Shown in pieces: positions 43,990 to 51,381 of a stretch of 51,381 nt of DNA. The stretch is from positions 1 to 51,381 of the IMG/VR virus record IMGVR_UViG_3300019360_000016; one strand, 5' to 3'. Position numbers and translations under genes: made by a program. This stretch comes from a virus (lineage: Duplodnaviria > Caudoviricetes). How positions within the stretch are numbered: position 1 is the first letter of the stretch; each line of letters opens with the position of its first letter. The notes under the pieces are model-generated. The model made no database searches. It saw only the letters and a program-made list of their open reading frames with translations, and was not told the origin of the DNA.

Positions 43990-44538
43990 CTAAACTACAA
44001 TCCGGGATAGAGTCTTTATGTGTGGTAGAGCCGCCCGGTACACGTCCTCCAACACAATCACATCCTGCTTACAATGGGTGACGATCTCCTTGTAGGCTGC
44101 ACGATCACCAGCCGTGGCCCTCTGCCAAATCTCTGGGGTTAGGGGTGTTTTCTTCTCCGTCAGGTTCATATACTCTTGGACTCGGAGCAATGACCGTCTC
44201 GACATCTTGAGGCCAAACTTCACCCAGAAATACAAATCCACATGGAAGGCGTAGAGGTAGGGGCGTTTGCCGATCCCCAAGGCCCTAGTTTTCAGAAACG
44301 GGACATCAAACCCCTTCCCGTAGTATGTTACCCACACGTCGTAGTTTTGGAGCAAGGCGAGAGTCTTGTTGACCACCTTGGAGTCATCCCAAGGGCGGGC
44401 CTGAAACCGCTTCGGCCAGTCGGTTTGACTCACCACAATTGGTGCTTCCCCCAGCGGCTTAATGCACGCACACAGTACGCGGCCAAAATCCGCCGACAGG
44501 TTGGAGGCTTCAATGTCCAACATACAGACCTTCATCAT
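43990..44538 (-). CDS. RNase H-like (DEDD/YprB-type) 3'-5' exonuclease
   Basis: LDIEAS, TYYGKGFDVPFL, HVDL, HCKQDV; TAATG coupling. Confidence 0.85.
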   Translation of the reverse strand: MMKVCMLDIEASNLSADFGRVLCACIKPLGEAPIVVSQTDWPKRFQARPWDDSKVVNKTLALLQNYDVWVTYYGKGFDVPFLKTRALGIGKRPYLYAFHVDLYFWVKFGLKMSRRSLLRVQEYMNLTEKKTPLTPEIWQRATAGDRAAYKEIVTHCKQDVIVLEDVYRAALPHIKTLSRIVV

Positions 44539-44852
44539 TATCCTTTCAGACATTCCTCCGACCAAACCAGCTGACCGGAGAGGGTTAGATCAGCCAACTG
44601 AGCCCCCAATCCGTCACACAGGGCTTCGGCGGCGGTTTTGTCAATGTAGTTGTTGAGTCCGGCACGGGCAAGCATTTGGTGAATCACCTCATGCCAGAAC
44701 ACCATCTCCCGAATCTCCAACGTCGCCTCCTCGGAGAGCCGGATTTGGGCTAGAGAGTCAGTGTAGTCGCCCAGTAGTTTGCCGCCGGAGAGTTTCTTCT
44801 CCGTTTTCACCCCGTAGGGTATGCCGCCGATGGTGTACCGTTTCGGGATCAT
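44538..44852 (-). CDS. Small HExxH metallopeptidase-like protein
   Basis: FWHEVIHQML...EALCD; GGAGG RBS before MIPKRY. Confidence 0.7.
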   Translation of the reverse strand: MIPKRYTIGGIPYGVKTEKKLSGGKLLGDYTDSLAQIRLSEEATLEIREMVFWHEVIHQMLARAGLNNYIDKTAAEALCDGLGAQLADLTLSGQLVWSEECLKG

Positions 44853-44868
44853 CGACACCTCCGGGGAC

Positions 44869-44897
44869 ACTATACCACAACTCGGCACTCAATGCAA
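44869..44897 (-). promoter_or_regulatory. Sigma70-like promoter
   Basis: TTGCAT-N17-TATAGT with extended TG. Confidence 0.55.
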
Positions 44898-46859
44898 GAC
44901 AGAACCTGGCGTACCGGTGGAAGGTTGGGTGGCTGCCGGTTTAGGTGTCGGGGCAGCTCCCGCCGGGTCCATAATCCGTGCCAGTACCGCCGGAGGCATG
45001 AAGCGGATTTGGCCTGTGAGGGCGGCGTTTTTGAGATTACTGTACGCCTCCACCTGCTGCTCCGCCAAGATCATCTTAGCCACCACTGAGGGGTCCGGGG
45101 CTGCCGCTCTCCGCAAACGACCAGCACGTTCCTCTGGGTCCCCGAAGATTTTGCGGGCCAAAATCTCGGACCCAATCGAAGTGCCTTGGAGTCCTGCCAT
45201 AGCACCTTCCCAAGCCAAGGTTCCCGTCAACAGCCCCTTGGTGGGATTCGCCAATGTGTGTTTTAGGGCAGTCTTCAGGAACTTGACAAAGCCCACGCCC
45301 TCTGTGGCCACCGGAGCCGCAACTTCCACCCTCGGCGGCAACCGACTTGCCAACTTCTGCTCCACAGCATAGGCTGCGGGGTCTGTGGCAAACTGGGTAA
45401 ACCGGGAGGCAAGTCCCCCGCCGCGTCCCACTGAAGCTTTGGAGGTCCGAAACTGGGCTCCGGCACCGGGACCAATCAGTTCATCCAAGGTGGACTCAAG
45501 AACGGCCCTATTGGCGTCCCCCACGGTACGGGCAAATTGTCGATAGGCTTCCTCACCGGTAATGCCCATGTAGCGGCGACCCAAGTTTTGCAGTCGGACA
45601 GCTTTCTCCGCCTCGGTTTGGTACTTGTAGGTCGCCCCCGGCAACAGGCCCTTAATCGGTCGGGGCCCCGCATCCGACAACATAGCCTTGGGACGCAGCC
45701 TCTCAGCCAATTTGGTCCGGAGGGCAGCCGCTTGACCGGCTTCAGCTTCAGCCGCCGCCGCCGCCCTCTCAATGCGTTCAAGTTGCCTCAGACTAGCCTG
45801 GTTGAGTCTGGTTTCTCCTTGGGGAATGACTTGTTGGCGTTCAAAGATGTTGTACTTCTGGGAGCCCCGTGCTGTCTCCGTGGCCAACTGCTTGGCGGTT
45901 TCCGACATGCGTTCGAGCCGCGTCTGTACCAACAACTCTTTGTGTTGGAGTCCCGGCTCACGGAGACTCTTGGCCCCCTTCACCAAGTTGCTGATGTGAT
46001 TCTTGGCTCTCGCTCTCGGAATGTCGCCGAAGTCGTCGGGCAAAGCGGTCTCCAGTTGGGAGAGCAATTCTTTGTCTGCGAGGATTCCGTGTTTTTCCCG
46101 AAGCTGTGTGACGGCGAAGGCACGAACATTGGCGGGACTGATCGTTTCCGCATCCCCCGCCACCGTCGTCATGAAGTCGGTGAACCCTTCAGCACTGCTG
46201 AGACGGCGATTCACATTGGTGAGAAAGAGGTCTGCGTCCGTAATGCTCACGTCCTCCGCTTCTTGGAGGGCGTTGAGGACTCGCCGTATCGCCGGTTCGT
46301 TGCGGCGTTCCCCGGTGCGAGCGAACTGGAACATGCCATTCGCTGTCCGACTCCCCGGTTTCACCATCTCTGCCATGAGTTTGTCGATGTCGGCTTGGGT
46401 GAAGCCTAGTTTATCTTTGAACATGCTCCGGAGCCGATCCTCCAGTTCCGCAATGTCCTGATTGGCGAAGGTCTTGGCGGCTGGGGCCTTGGATATCTGT
46501 TCGGTGGCCGCCCGCACTCCACTCTGTCCCTCCGATGGGAGTTGCGTGGAATCAATGAGTGCCTGTCGAGAACGGAGAAGATTCGCCGTTTCGGTGGGGG
46601 TTAGTTCTTTGCGGCTCAACAACAGGTCGGAAAGTCTCTGCGGCTCATCCAGGAACAACTCTTGAGCCGTTTTTCGTACCTCCGCAGGCAGACGGGCAAG
46701 TAACGCACTCACCTCATCAGCGGTAAGAACAGTGCCCTTGACCGGTGCCGGGACAGCTAGAACCTTGGCGGGTGTGACTTTGGCGGCTTTGGACTTTCTA
46801 CCGGTCAACTTGGCCGCTAATCCTTGTTCCAGCTTCTTACCTTTGTTGGTTTTCGCCAT
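44889..46859 (-). CDS. Probable internal virion/ejection protein
   Basis: 656 aa, Ala-rich helical, no Cys, in a run of similar genes. Confidence 0.5.
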   Translation of the reverse strand: MAKTNKGKKLEQGLAAKLTGRKSKAAKVTPAKVLAVPAPVKGTVLTADEVSALLARLPAEVRKTAQELFLDEPQRLSDLLLSRKELTPTETANLLRSRQALIDSTQLPSEGQSGVRAATEQISKAPAAKTFANQDIAELEDRLRSMFKDKLGFTQADIDKLMAEMVKPGSRTANGMFQFARTGERRNEPAIRRVLNALQEAEDVSITDADLFLTNVNRRLSSAEGFTDFMTTVAGDAETISPANVRAFAVTQLREKHGILADKELLSQLETALPDDFGDIPRARAKNHISNLVKGAKSLREPGLQHKELLVQTRLERMSETAKQLATETARGSQKYNIFERQQVIPQGETRLNQASLRQLERIERAAAAAEAEAGQAAALRTKLAERLRPKAMLSDAGPRPIKGLLPGATYKYQTEAEKAVRLQNLGRRYMGITGEEAYRQFARTVGDANRAVLESTLDELIGPGAGAQFRTSKASVGRGGGLASRFTQFATDPAAYAVEQKLASRLPPRVEVAAPVATEGVGFVKFLKTALKHTLANPTKGLLTGTLAWEGAMAGLQGTSIGSEILARKIFGDPEERAGRLRRAAAPDPSVVAKMILAEQQVEAYSNLKNAALTGQIRFMPPAVLARIMDPAGAAPTPKPAATQPSTGTPGSVLH

Positions 46860-46863
46860 AACA

Positions 46864-48123
46864 TTATCGTCCGTAATCGGCAGCCGCAGCCAACCCCAGA
46901 CCGGCCGGGTTCAGAGCATTGGGGTCCGCTGGGGGTGTAACCGAGTAGGCCATTTGTAGGAGGTCGCGGGCAGTGGTCGGGGCCATTTGTGATCCGCGAG
47001 CCCCTTCCCGTGCGAGGTATTGGGCAGCCAATCCCTCCATCATGGGGCCGAGAAACTTGGCGGTGATGGCATCCATTGCGGCAGGCTCCAACACCTTCGC
47101 CTGTGCAGTAGCTCTCTCCGTCCGGTCTATAGCATCCTTGTTAGCCTCGTTCCGGGCAGCAGCAGCCCGAATAGGCAGCAGGGTTACGGCATCCAATGTC
47201 TGCATTGCGGGGCCCATAATTTGACTGGCCCCGATTGCTCCACCGATACCTGCTCCAGCCACGAGTGCCCCCTTCTTCGTGAACAGTTGCTTCAATCCGT
47301 GGCCTGCCGCCTGCGAAACGGTCATAGCTTCGATCTTCGCAGCCTCCGCAGCCCGGGCGGCTGGACTCCCGAACAATACATTCTTCAGCTTTGCAAATCC
47401 CCTGCCGATGGGGCCCGCTGCCTTTGCCGCTTTGGGAATTGCTCTGACTGCCCCGGCCATTGGACCGAATGCTACTCCAGCAGGACCCATCATCGCGGAC
47501 GACTTCAACTGTTCCACAATGAAAGGGGGCCGATTTAGTTCCTCCCAGTCAACCTCCCCTGCAACCACCTTTTCCAAGAGTTTCAGGGTTTCAGCATCCT
47601 TAATGTAGAGATTGCCCTCGGCGTCTTCGGTGGTATAGCGAGCTGCGGCCTTAGCGTTGGGTCCGAATACTTCAGTCCACTCTTGGAGTGTCCACGGAGT
47701 GGCCAGTGCTTGGTTCACACGTTGCTGCGGGGACAACTTCTTCAGGAACTCCGTTTTCAGTTTTTGACTAACAGCATCGAGTTCTTTCTTCGCTGGCTGT
47801 TTCGGTTTTTGGCCGGTCAACAACTCATCGTCTTGGTTCACTCCTACTGTCGCCTTGCCGGATTTTAGTCGTTGCAACTGAGCTAATGCTCCGGAGTCCT
47901 TTATGTAGAAGTTTCCATCCGCATCCTGCGTGAACCACTCCACCGTGTTAGCAATCGGTTCGTCTTGGAGATACACTCCCCCCGTGCCCCCTCGCCTTAA
48001 TTCGATTCCGAATGCCTCCTCCAACTCCTTTGGGGTCCACGGCGTAGCCAGTGCTTGATTGAGACGCTGTTGGGGGGACAGCTTCTTCAGGAACTCCTCT
48101 TTCAGTTTCTTGCTCTTAGCCAT
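46864..48123 (-). CDS. Probable internal virion protein with duplicated N-terminal module
   Basis: EFLKKLSPQQR.NQALATPWT...DA.GN.YIKD occurs twice; glycine-zipper-like segment. Confidence 0.55.
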   Translation of the reverse strand: MAKSKKLKEEFLKKLSPQQRLNQALATPWTPKELEEAFGIELRRGGTGGVYLQDEPIANTVEWFTQDADGNFYIKDSGALAQLQRLKSGKATVGVNQDDELLTGQKPKQPAKKELDAVSQKLKTEFLKKLSPQQRVNQALATPWTLQEWTEVFGPNAKAAARYTTEDAEGNLYIKDAETLKLLEKVVAGEVDWEELNRPPFIVEQLKSSAMMGPAGVAFGPMAGAVRAIPKAAKAAGPIGRGFAKLKNVLFGSPAARAAEAAKIEAMTVSQAAGHGLKQLFTKKGALVAGAGIGGAIGASQIMGPAMQTLDAVTLLPIRAAAARNEANKDAIDRTERATAQAKVLEPAAMDAITAKFLGPMMEGLAAQYLAREGARGSQMAPTTARDLLQMAYSVTPPADPNALNPAGLGLAAAADYGR

Positions 48124-49219
48124 TGGTGGGCCCCGTTTGCGGTTTCGGTTTCGACTGACTCCGTGACGGCGACGGCTGCTGTGACTGCTGTTGAGGTTGG
48201 TCGGTTTCGGGTGGCGGTTTGTCGAATGCTGCGAACCGACTTTGGGCCTTCCGCTGCAACTCCGCCATTTCCTGCATCTTCTGCGACTCCTTCACCATCA
48301 CCGCCTGCTTACGGAGAGTGAAGGACTCCGGGACTCCGTTCGGGGCCTCCACTCCCACCGGATAGGCGTCGTGGTGCAGGTAGGTGTGACGCCGGATTTC
48401 TGGACGCACTTCCTCATCCAATCCGTATTTGCGTATGTCGGCGGGCGGCAATGTGTCCCCGTAGAATCCGTCAAACCACTCCTTGATGATCGGAAGCTGT
48501 TCGGGATTGTCAGTCAGGTCGGATTCCAGTCCGGGGTCCACCGCCCACCCCTGACTCAGATATTCCTGCTTCAACTTCTGGTAGCCCTCCCGGTCTTGTG
48601 AATACTGGGCGACAGCGAGTTGACGGGCAAGGTCTGCCGGAAAAACGGTCTCCCCGTAACCGTTAGGGGAGTGGCCTTGGATAATTTTGCCGAACGTGTG
48701 CAACATCCACGCATTCGACGAATCCTCAATCCGGAAACTGTTGGGGATCGGTTTCAGGTAGGCGAGTGTTTTCCGAACGTCCTCCGATAAGTCGATGAGG
48801 GGTTCGATGTAGGGTTTGAACTGCTTGTGGCCAGACAACTCGTGTACCACCGTACTGAGTGACTGGTGTAATGCCTGCCCCATCATTTGAGCCGACAGCA
48901 ACCTCAATCCGTCCCCGTAAGGGTTCCCTTCGGCATGGACTGATGTGGGGTCCTCGAACAGCCGCTTCGCATTCTCATCCGGGAACATCTTGGAGAGGAT
49001 GGCCGTTTTCAGTTGCTCCAGCCTGGGCGGAATGCTCCCGGTCCCAACACTATCCGCCACCATGCGGTGCTCCGACATGGCTCCCATTATTACTGCTGGT
49101 AGGCCGGTCAGAGCAGAATCATAGGCGGCTTTCACCGACTTCAGAGCCCTCCGGTTGTGGAGGTCCTGCCCTAACGCCTTCTCGTAGCCACCGATCACCT
49201 TGTTGATGTTATCGAACAT
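48116..49219 (-). CDS. Hypothetical, probable internal virion protein
   Basis: 367 aa, overlapping neighbours by a few nt. Confidence 0.5.
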   Translation of the reverse strand: MFDNINKVIGGYEKALGQDLHNRRALKSVKAAYDSALTGLPAVIMGAMSEHRMVADSVGTGSIPPRLEQLKTAILSKMFPDENAKRLFEDPTSVHAEGNPYGDGLRLLSAQMMGQALHQSLSTVVHELSGHKQFKPYIEPLIDLSEDVRKTLAYLKPIPNSFRIEDSSNAWMLHTFGKIIQGHSPNGYGETVFPADLARQLAVAQYSQDREGYQKLKQEYLSQGWAVDPGLESDLTDNPEQLPIIKEWFDGFYGDTLPPADIRKYGLDEEVRPEIRRHTYLHHDAYPVGVEAPNGVPESFTLRKQAVMVKESQKMQEMAELQRKAQSRFAAFDKPPPETDQPQQQSQQPSPSRSQSKPKPQTGPTNG

Positions 49220-50138
49220 TCGATTGCTCCGCCGGTTGGGTGGTCGGGGGTCTCAGTTGGGACATCTTACTGTTGCGGACCATGTTGTAGGCTTCGTCGT
49301 AGACTTTCATCATTTGGCCCAGAAACGCCGCCCACCCAGCCAGTGTCCCAAACGTGTACATTGTGTTTTGGGCTGCTTGCTCCCTCTGGGCAACGAGGAG
49401 TTGAGCCTCGTGAGCCAACGCCATGCTGGACTTATCCGGGTAGGGGTCCGGGCCCTGAATCCTCTCAATCATATCCGGAATGGCGGGTAGTCCTCCGAAT
49501 GCTCCCCCGGTCATGGTGGGAATGGTACGGATACCTTTTACCCCATTGTATGGGGAGGTGACGAAGTTGTTGTTGGTGGGGTCCATTGGGTTGAAGTTGG
49601 GAGCCGTCACCGTTGGCCCCAGCATCGACTCTGTCTCTTTGACCGCCTTCCAGTAGTCCGGGTTTTCGAGCCCCGTCCGCCACGGAGACACACCTTCGGC
49701 GGGTGGGCCCATTACGTTCGGATCGGCTCCGGCAACGCCCGACACCAATCCTTTGAATTGCTCCTTGCGGGTCCGTTCCTCTAACGCCCTCGCATGGAGG
49801 TAACTGTAGGTGCCCAACTCCAGTATCCGCCAAATACGCTGAGTGGGTGTGATTTTCTCGGAGGGCATTTCGGCCCCCATAGCCTGATCGCCCGCGGCCC
49901 GGCGTTTGGCGAACACCTTGTCGGCTTCCTCCATGCGGACACGGGACTGATTCTCCGGAGTGTTGGCCCTGAAACTTTCCGCCTGGGCTCTGGCTAAATC
50001 TATGCCCGCTTTGCGTTCCTCCTCGGCGTGGGGATCATAGTTGAACCCCACACTGGTTCCGGGTTCGTCAGAGCTCCCACCTCGACTTACTTGGAACCCG
50101 CCCCCGTAACCGCCCTGTCCCAATACTTTCACCGGCAT
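49209..50138 (-). CDS. Hypothetical, probable internal virion protein
   Basis: 309 aa, Gly-rich N-terminus; AAGGTG RBS. Confidence 0.5.
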   Translation of the reverse strand: MPVKVLGQGGYGGGFQVSRGGSSDEPGTSVGFNYDPHAEEERKAGIDLARAQAESFRANTPENQSRVRMEEADKVFAKRRAAGDQAMGAEMPSEKITPTQRIWRILELGTYSYLHARALEERTRKEQFKGLVSGVAGADPNVMGPPAEGVSPWRTGLENPDYWKAVKETESMLGPTVTAPNFNPMDPTNNNFVTSPYNGVKGIRTIPTMTGGAFGGLPAIPDMIERIQGPDPYPDKSSMALAHEAQLLVAQREQAAQNTMYTFGTLAGWAAFLGQMMKVYDEAYNMVRNSKMSQLRPPTTQPAEQSNVR

Positions 50139-50146
50139 AGTTCACC

Positions 50147-51295
50147 TTATGTGATCATGATGTTCCCGCCGGTCCCGGCGACAGTGGCCCCGAATCCAAA
50201 GCCGCGACGGCCACCTCCACCGCCCCCACCGGAGCCTGCCGCAGCCGCGATGGAATCATTGGCTATGCGGCTAAATCCGGGAACCGTAAACGACCACTCC
50301 GACAACATCCCGGCACTAGAAAACAATCCTTGAGTGAGAAGGCTTTCCGCACCGAGTTGGATGTTAGCGTCAGTAGCCTCGTGTTGGTAGTCGATGGCGG
50401 CGGCATCCGCGTCAATCATGTTCAGGTTGTTGGCCATAGCAAATGCGGCGGAATTAGCATTGTTGAACGCCTCAAACCGGCTCTTGGCGAAATCAGACCG
50501 CAATACACCCATCGCTACCGCCATGCGGGTATTCGCGTCTTGTTCGACGGAGGAGGCTTCAGTAATCGCCCGCACACCTGCAATTCCGAGGTTCGCTTCG
50601 GTGTCTGCCAATCTCGCATGAGTGTCGGCCACCCGGTCCTCGTAGGTGTTCCAGGCTTGCCTGGCAGTTACCGCCGTCTGCTGGGCATACCGCATTTGAT
50701 ACTTGTTCTTCATCTCCATAGCCTGCGGCGATCCTGGCTTAAATCCGGCCGCAGAGAGTTCATCCATGCCTTCCTGGACCATACTCTCCGCTAATTCGTC
50801 GTTGGCGGCACGGTACGACTGGACCTCCGCACTCACATTGTTCTGGAGGGCCTCGATTGTTGCCTGCTTACTGGCGGCAAAACGGTTATTCACGTCCTGC
50901 ACCATGCTGCGAGTGGCGGCTGTGTGGGCTGCCCCGGCAACTCTGATCCGATCCGCTTCCGTTTCCGACTTGCTCAACGCCTGTGAGGATTCCAGTTGGA
51001 AATCCTCCAAGGATTTTCGGACACCGAAAAACGGAGAATCTGGAGCCGCCCCCTGAAAGTCGGCCGCACCCGCTCCCCTCTGGCGGTTCCGTTCGTTGAT
51101 GGGGTTGAAAATCGCCTGTCCCCGCTCCTTCAGGCCACGACCAACCTGCTGAGCCGCTGCTGCCCGACTCGGCAGACCGGTATCCAACCGCAGTAACCCG
51201 CCCAGTTGGGTAAGTTGTTCCAGGATGGATGCAAAGCCTTCAGCACCCCCCTGGAGTGTCCCGGCAGCGGCCTGTAGTGTTGTCCCATAACCCAT
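50147..51295 (-). CDS. Probable ejection/pilot protein
   Basis: 382 aa Ala/Gln-rich coiled-coil with Gly-rich ends. Confidence 0.55.
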   Translation of the reverse strand: MGYGTTLQAAAGTLQGGAEGFASILEQLTQLGGLLRLDTGLPSRAAAAQQVGRGLKERGQAIFNPINERNRQRGAGAADFQGAAPDSPFFGVRKSLEDFQLESSQALSKSETEADRIRVAGAAHTAATRSMVQDVNNRFAASKQATIEALQNNVSAEVQSYRAANDELAESMVQEGMDELSAAGFKPGSPQAMEMKNKYQMRYAQQTAVTARQAWNTYEDRVADTHARLADTEANLGIAGVRAITEASSVEQDANTRMAVAMGVLRSDFAKSRFEAFNNANSAAFAMANNLNMIDADAAAIDYQHEATDANIQLGAESLLTQGLFSSAGMLSEWSFTVPGFSRIANDSIAAAAGSGGGGGGGRRGFGFGATVAGTGGNIMIT

Positions 51296-51329
51296 GACAT
51301 CTGTTCCTTCTGGGGCCTACCAGTCCCCC

Positions 51330-51358
51330 ATTATACCATATTTGTAGGGTTAAGTCGA
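51330..51358 (-). promoter_or_regulatory. Sigma70-like promoter for ejection-protein genes
   Basis: TCGACT-N17-TATAAT with extended TG (TGGTATAAT). Confidence 0.55.
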
Positions 51359-51381
51359 ATGCACCGACTGGTTGGGGTTAA

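Noticed and set aside
1777-51196. Many long plus-strand ORFs in the track (e.g. 5047-5979, 12431-13519, 45537-46409)
   Set aside because: Antisense shadows of well-supported minus-strand genes in GC-rich DNA

Overview
The window reads as a nearly complete, circularly permuted genome of a short-tailed (podovirus-like) dsDNA bacteriophage, with almost every gene on the minus strand. Virion module: probable TerS, accessory virion proteins, TerL, portal, scaffold, major capsid, adaptor and a nozzle-like gene that runs off the left edge; probable ejection proteins continue from the right edge down to 40.2 kb. Replication module (28.9-38.9 kb): UDG-PolA fusion, GroES, ERCC4-like and PD-(D/E)XK nucleases, AAA ATPase, SSB-like protein, HD hydrolase, dNTP diphosphohydrolase-like protein and a D5-type helicase. 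An accessory region (16.8-28.9 kb) ends at a 1.3-kb repeat-rich non-coding stretch that probably holds the origin and/or genome end. The strongest candidate for a new system is a phage-encoded ubiquitin-like conjugation operon (Ubl, E2-like with Zn fingers, JAB, E1, plus a coupled small gene). Just upstream lies a tRNA-shaped RNA whose anticodon loop is replaced by a 75-nt structured insert, and further upstream an attenuator-like leader. A second, non-canonical tRNA-Thr(UGU)-like gene sits in the virion module. I recognised no integrase, endolysin, primase, RT or CRISPR array. All protein calls come from motif recognition by eye and gene order, not database searches.
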